From a virus (Duplodnaviria; Heunggongvirae; Uroviricota; Caudoviricetes): 5,423 nt of DNA. Position 1 is the first letter of the stretch. The number at the start of each line of letters is the position of its first letter. The stretch lies in the IMG/VR virus record IMGVR_UViG_2681813313_000009. One strand, written 5' to 3'. The translations under genes were made by a program, and so were the position numbers. Under the pieces are notes generated by a model. The model saw only the letters and a program-made list of their open reading frames with translations, searched no databases and was not told where the DNA came from. Positions 4,774 to 5,423 of the stretch are shown here, in pieces.

Positions 4774-4992
4774 ATGCAGAAACGAGAACCCGTCATCATC
4801 GCGCCAGACTATACCGATGATGAACTTTATGAGTGGATGCACCAGAAAATTAATGCAGCGCAGGATCTGAAATGGGCCAATGAAGCCAGAGCTAAGCAGG
4901 CTGAAAATCTGTCCGCTCTGGAGCAGGATATCACCAATCTGGAAAAAGCAGCGGCATTAAGCATTGCCAGAATGATTACATACCCGCGTTAG
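4774..4992 (+). CDS. Small hypothetical protein (72 aa), predicted helical
   Basis: ATG at 4774 with a GAGGAA Shine-Dalgarno 5 nt upstream (4763-4768). TAG stop at 4990-4992. The product looks protein-like (MQKREPVIIAPDYTDDELYEWMHQKINAAQDLKWANEARAKQAENLSALEQDITNLEKAAALSIARMITYPR). Same strand and tight spacing as the two preceding small ORFs. Confidence 0.5.
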   Translation: MQKREPVIIAPDYTDDELYEWMHQKINAAQDLKWANEARAKQAENLSALEQDITNLEKAAALSIARMITYPR

Positions 4993-5423
4993 TAGCTAAT
5001 CAACAAAGCTAAGGTTAGTAATTAAGGAGTTCTCCACGGGTGAGGTGGAGTGCGTGCGCCGGACACGGGTGAGCATCCGGCATTGACAGTTTACTGAAAG
5101 GATATTTCCCTGAAAAGTCAGACCATAACGCGAAAGCGCACGGCGAGGTAGCTGGTTCATAGATAGCCTGTCGTTAAATTTTCGTCGACCGTGCGCTTCC
5201 GGTTGTGGCAATCCGCGAAATGGCGCGGCGGTAAGTATGGCGGGGTTATTCCTTCCCCCGTTGAGGACACCGGGTTGTCAGGTTGACCATACGCTTAAGT
5301 GACAACCCCGCTGCAACGCCCTCTGTTATCAATTTTCTGGTGACGTTTGGCGGTATCAGTTTTACTCCGTGACTGCTCTGCCGCCCTTTTTAAAGTGAAT
5401 TTTGTGATGCGGTGAATGCGGCT
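4993..5423. other. Apparently non-coding, GC-rich region with long inverted repeats (possible regulatory site or structured RNA)
   Basis: No convincing ORF; the only track ORF here (4996..5211, minus) has Arg-rich, non-protein-like composition and no RBS. AGCGCACGG (5135-5143) pairs with CCGTGCGCT (5189-5197), a 9-bp perfect inverted repeat with a 45-bp spacer. GGGTTGTCA (5272-5280) pairs with TGACAACCC (5300-5308), 9 bp with a 19-bp spacer. A TTGACA hexamer sits at 5083-5088. Confidence 0.3.

Noticed and set aside
4404-4842. Track ORFs 4404..4631 (-), 4562..4759 (-), 4611..4820 (+) and 4645..4842 (-)
   Set aside because: They overlap the better-supported small plus-strand ORFs in antisense or alternative frames, lack RBS motifs, and have non-protein-like composition.
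4996-5211. 71-aa minus-strand ORF in the right-hand non-coding region
   Set aside because: Arg-rich, low-complexity translation with no RBS, spanning the inverted repeats; more likely non-coding.
5230-5423. P2/P4-type cos site or lambda-type nutL (boxA/boxB) at the right end
   Set aside because: I could not find the P2/P4 cohesive-end sequence as I recall it, nor a boxB-like GCCCTGAAAAAGGGC hairpin. GCTCT...CCCTTTTTAAAG has no complementary arm. Similarity is too weak to call.
1-5423. tRNA, rRNA or integrase/attachment-site features
   Set aside because: No cloverleaf-compatible segment or rRNA-like sequence was recognised by eye, and no integrase-like ORF is present. att sites cannot be called without the element boundaries.

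Overview
This window reads as the early (immunity/replication) region of a Rac-type lambdoid prophage from an enterobacterium, with one accessory gene that looks like anti-phage defence cargo. Everything below is from reading the sequence and ORF track by eye; no database search or HMM was run, so family names are recollection and inference. Left to right: (1) a 362-aa minus-strand ORF (63..1151) combining an N-terminal (D/E)xK nuclease-like region with a P-loop NTPase whose Walker A/Walker B spacing resembles STAND/AAA_16 ATPases, yet which stops about 27 aa after Walker B; (2) an AT-rich spacer (1152..1394); (3) a small HTH-like gene (1528..1803) overlapping a second frame across an A8 homopolymer, suggesting a frameshift-split gene; (4) a replication-initiator-like gene (1841..2911) carrying two arrays of CGTGAC iterons at helical-turn spacing plus an exact 21-bp direct repeat, i.e. 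a likely origin inside the rep gene; (5) a YdaT-like (CII-analogue) and YdaS-like (Cro-type) gene pair facing a divergent CI-like repressor (3774..4193) across an operator-rich intergenic region; (6) three short plus-strand ORFs (51, 42 and 72 aa), then a structured non-coding region with long inverted repeats. The most interesting item is the nuclease-NTPase gene, a candidate Avs-like defence effector that may be truncated or frameshifted.
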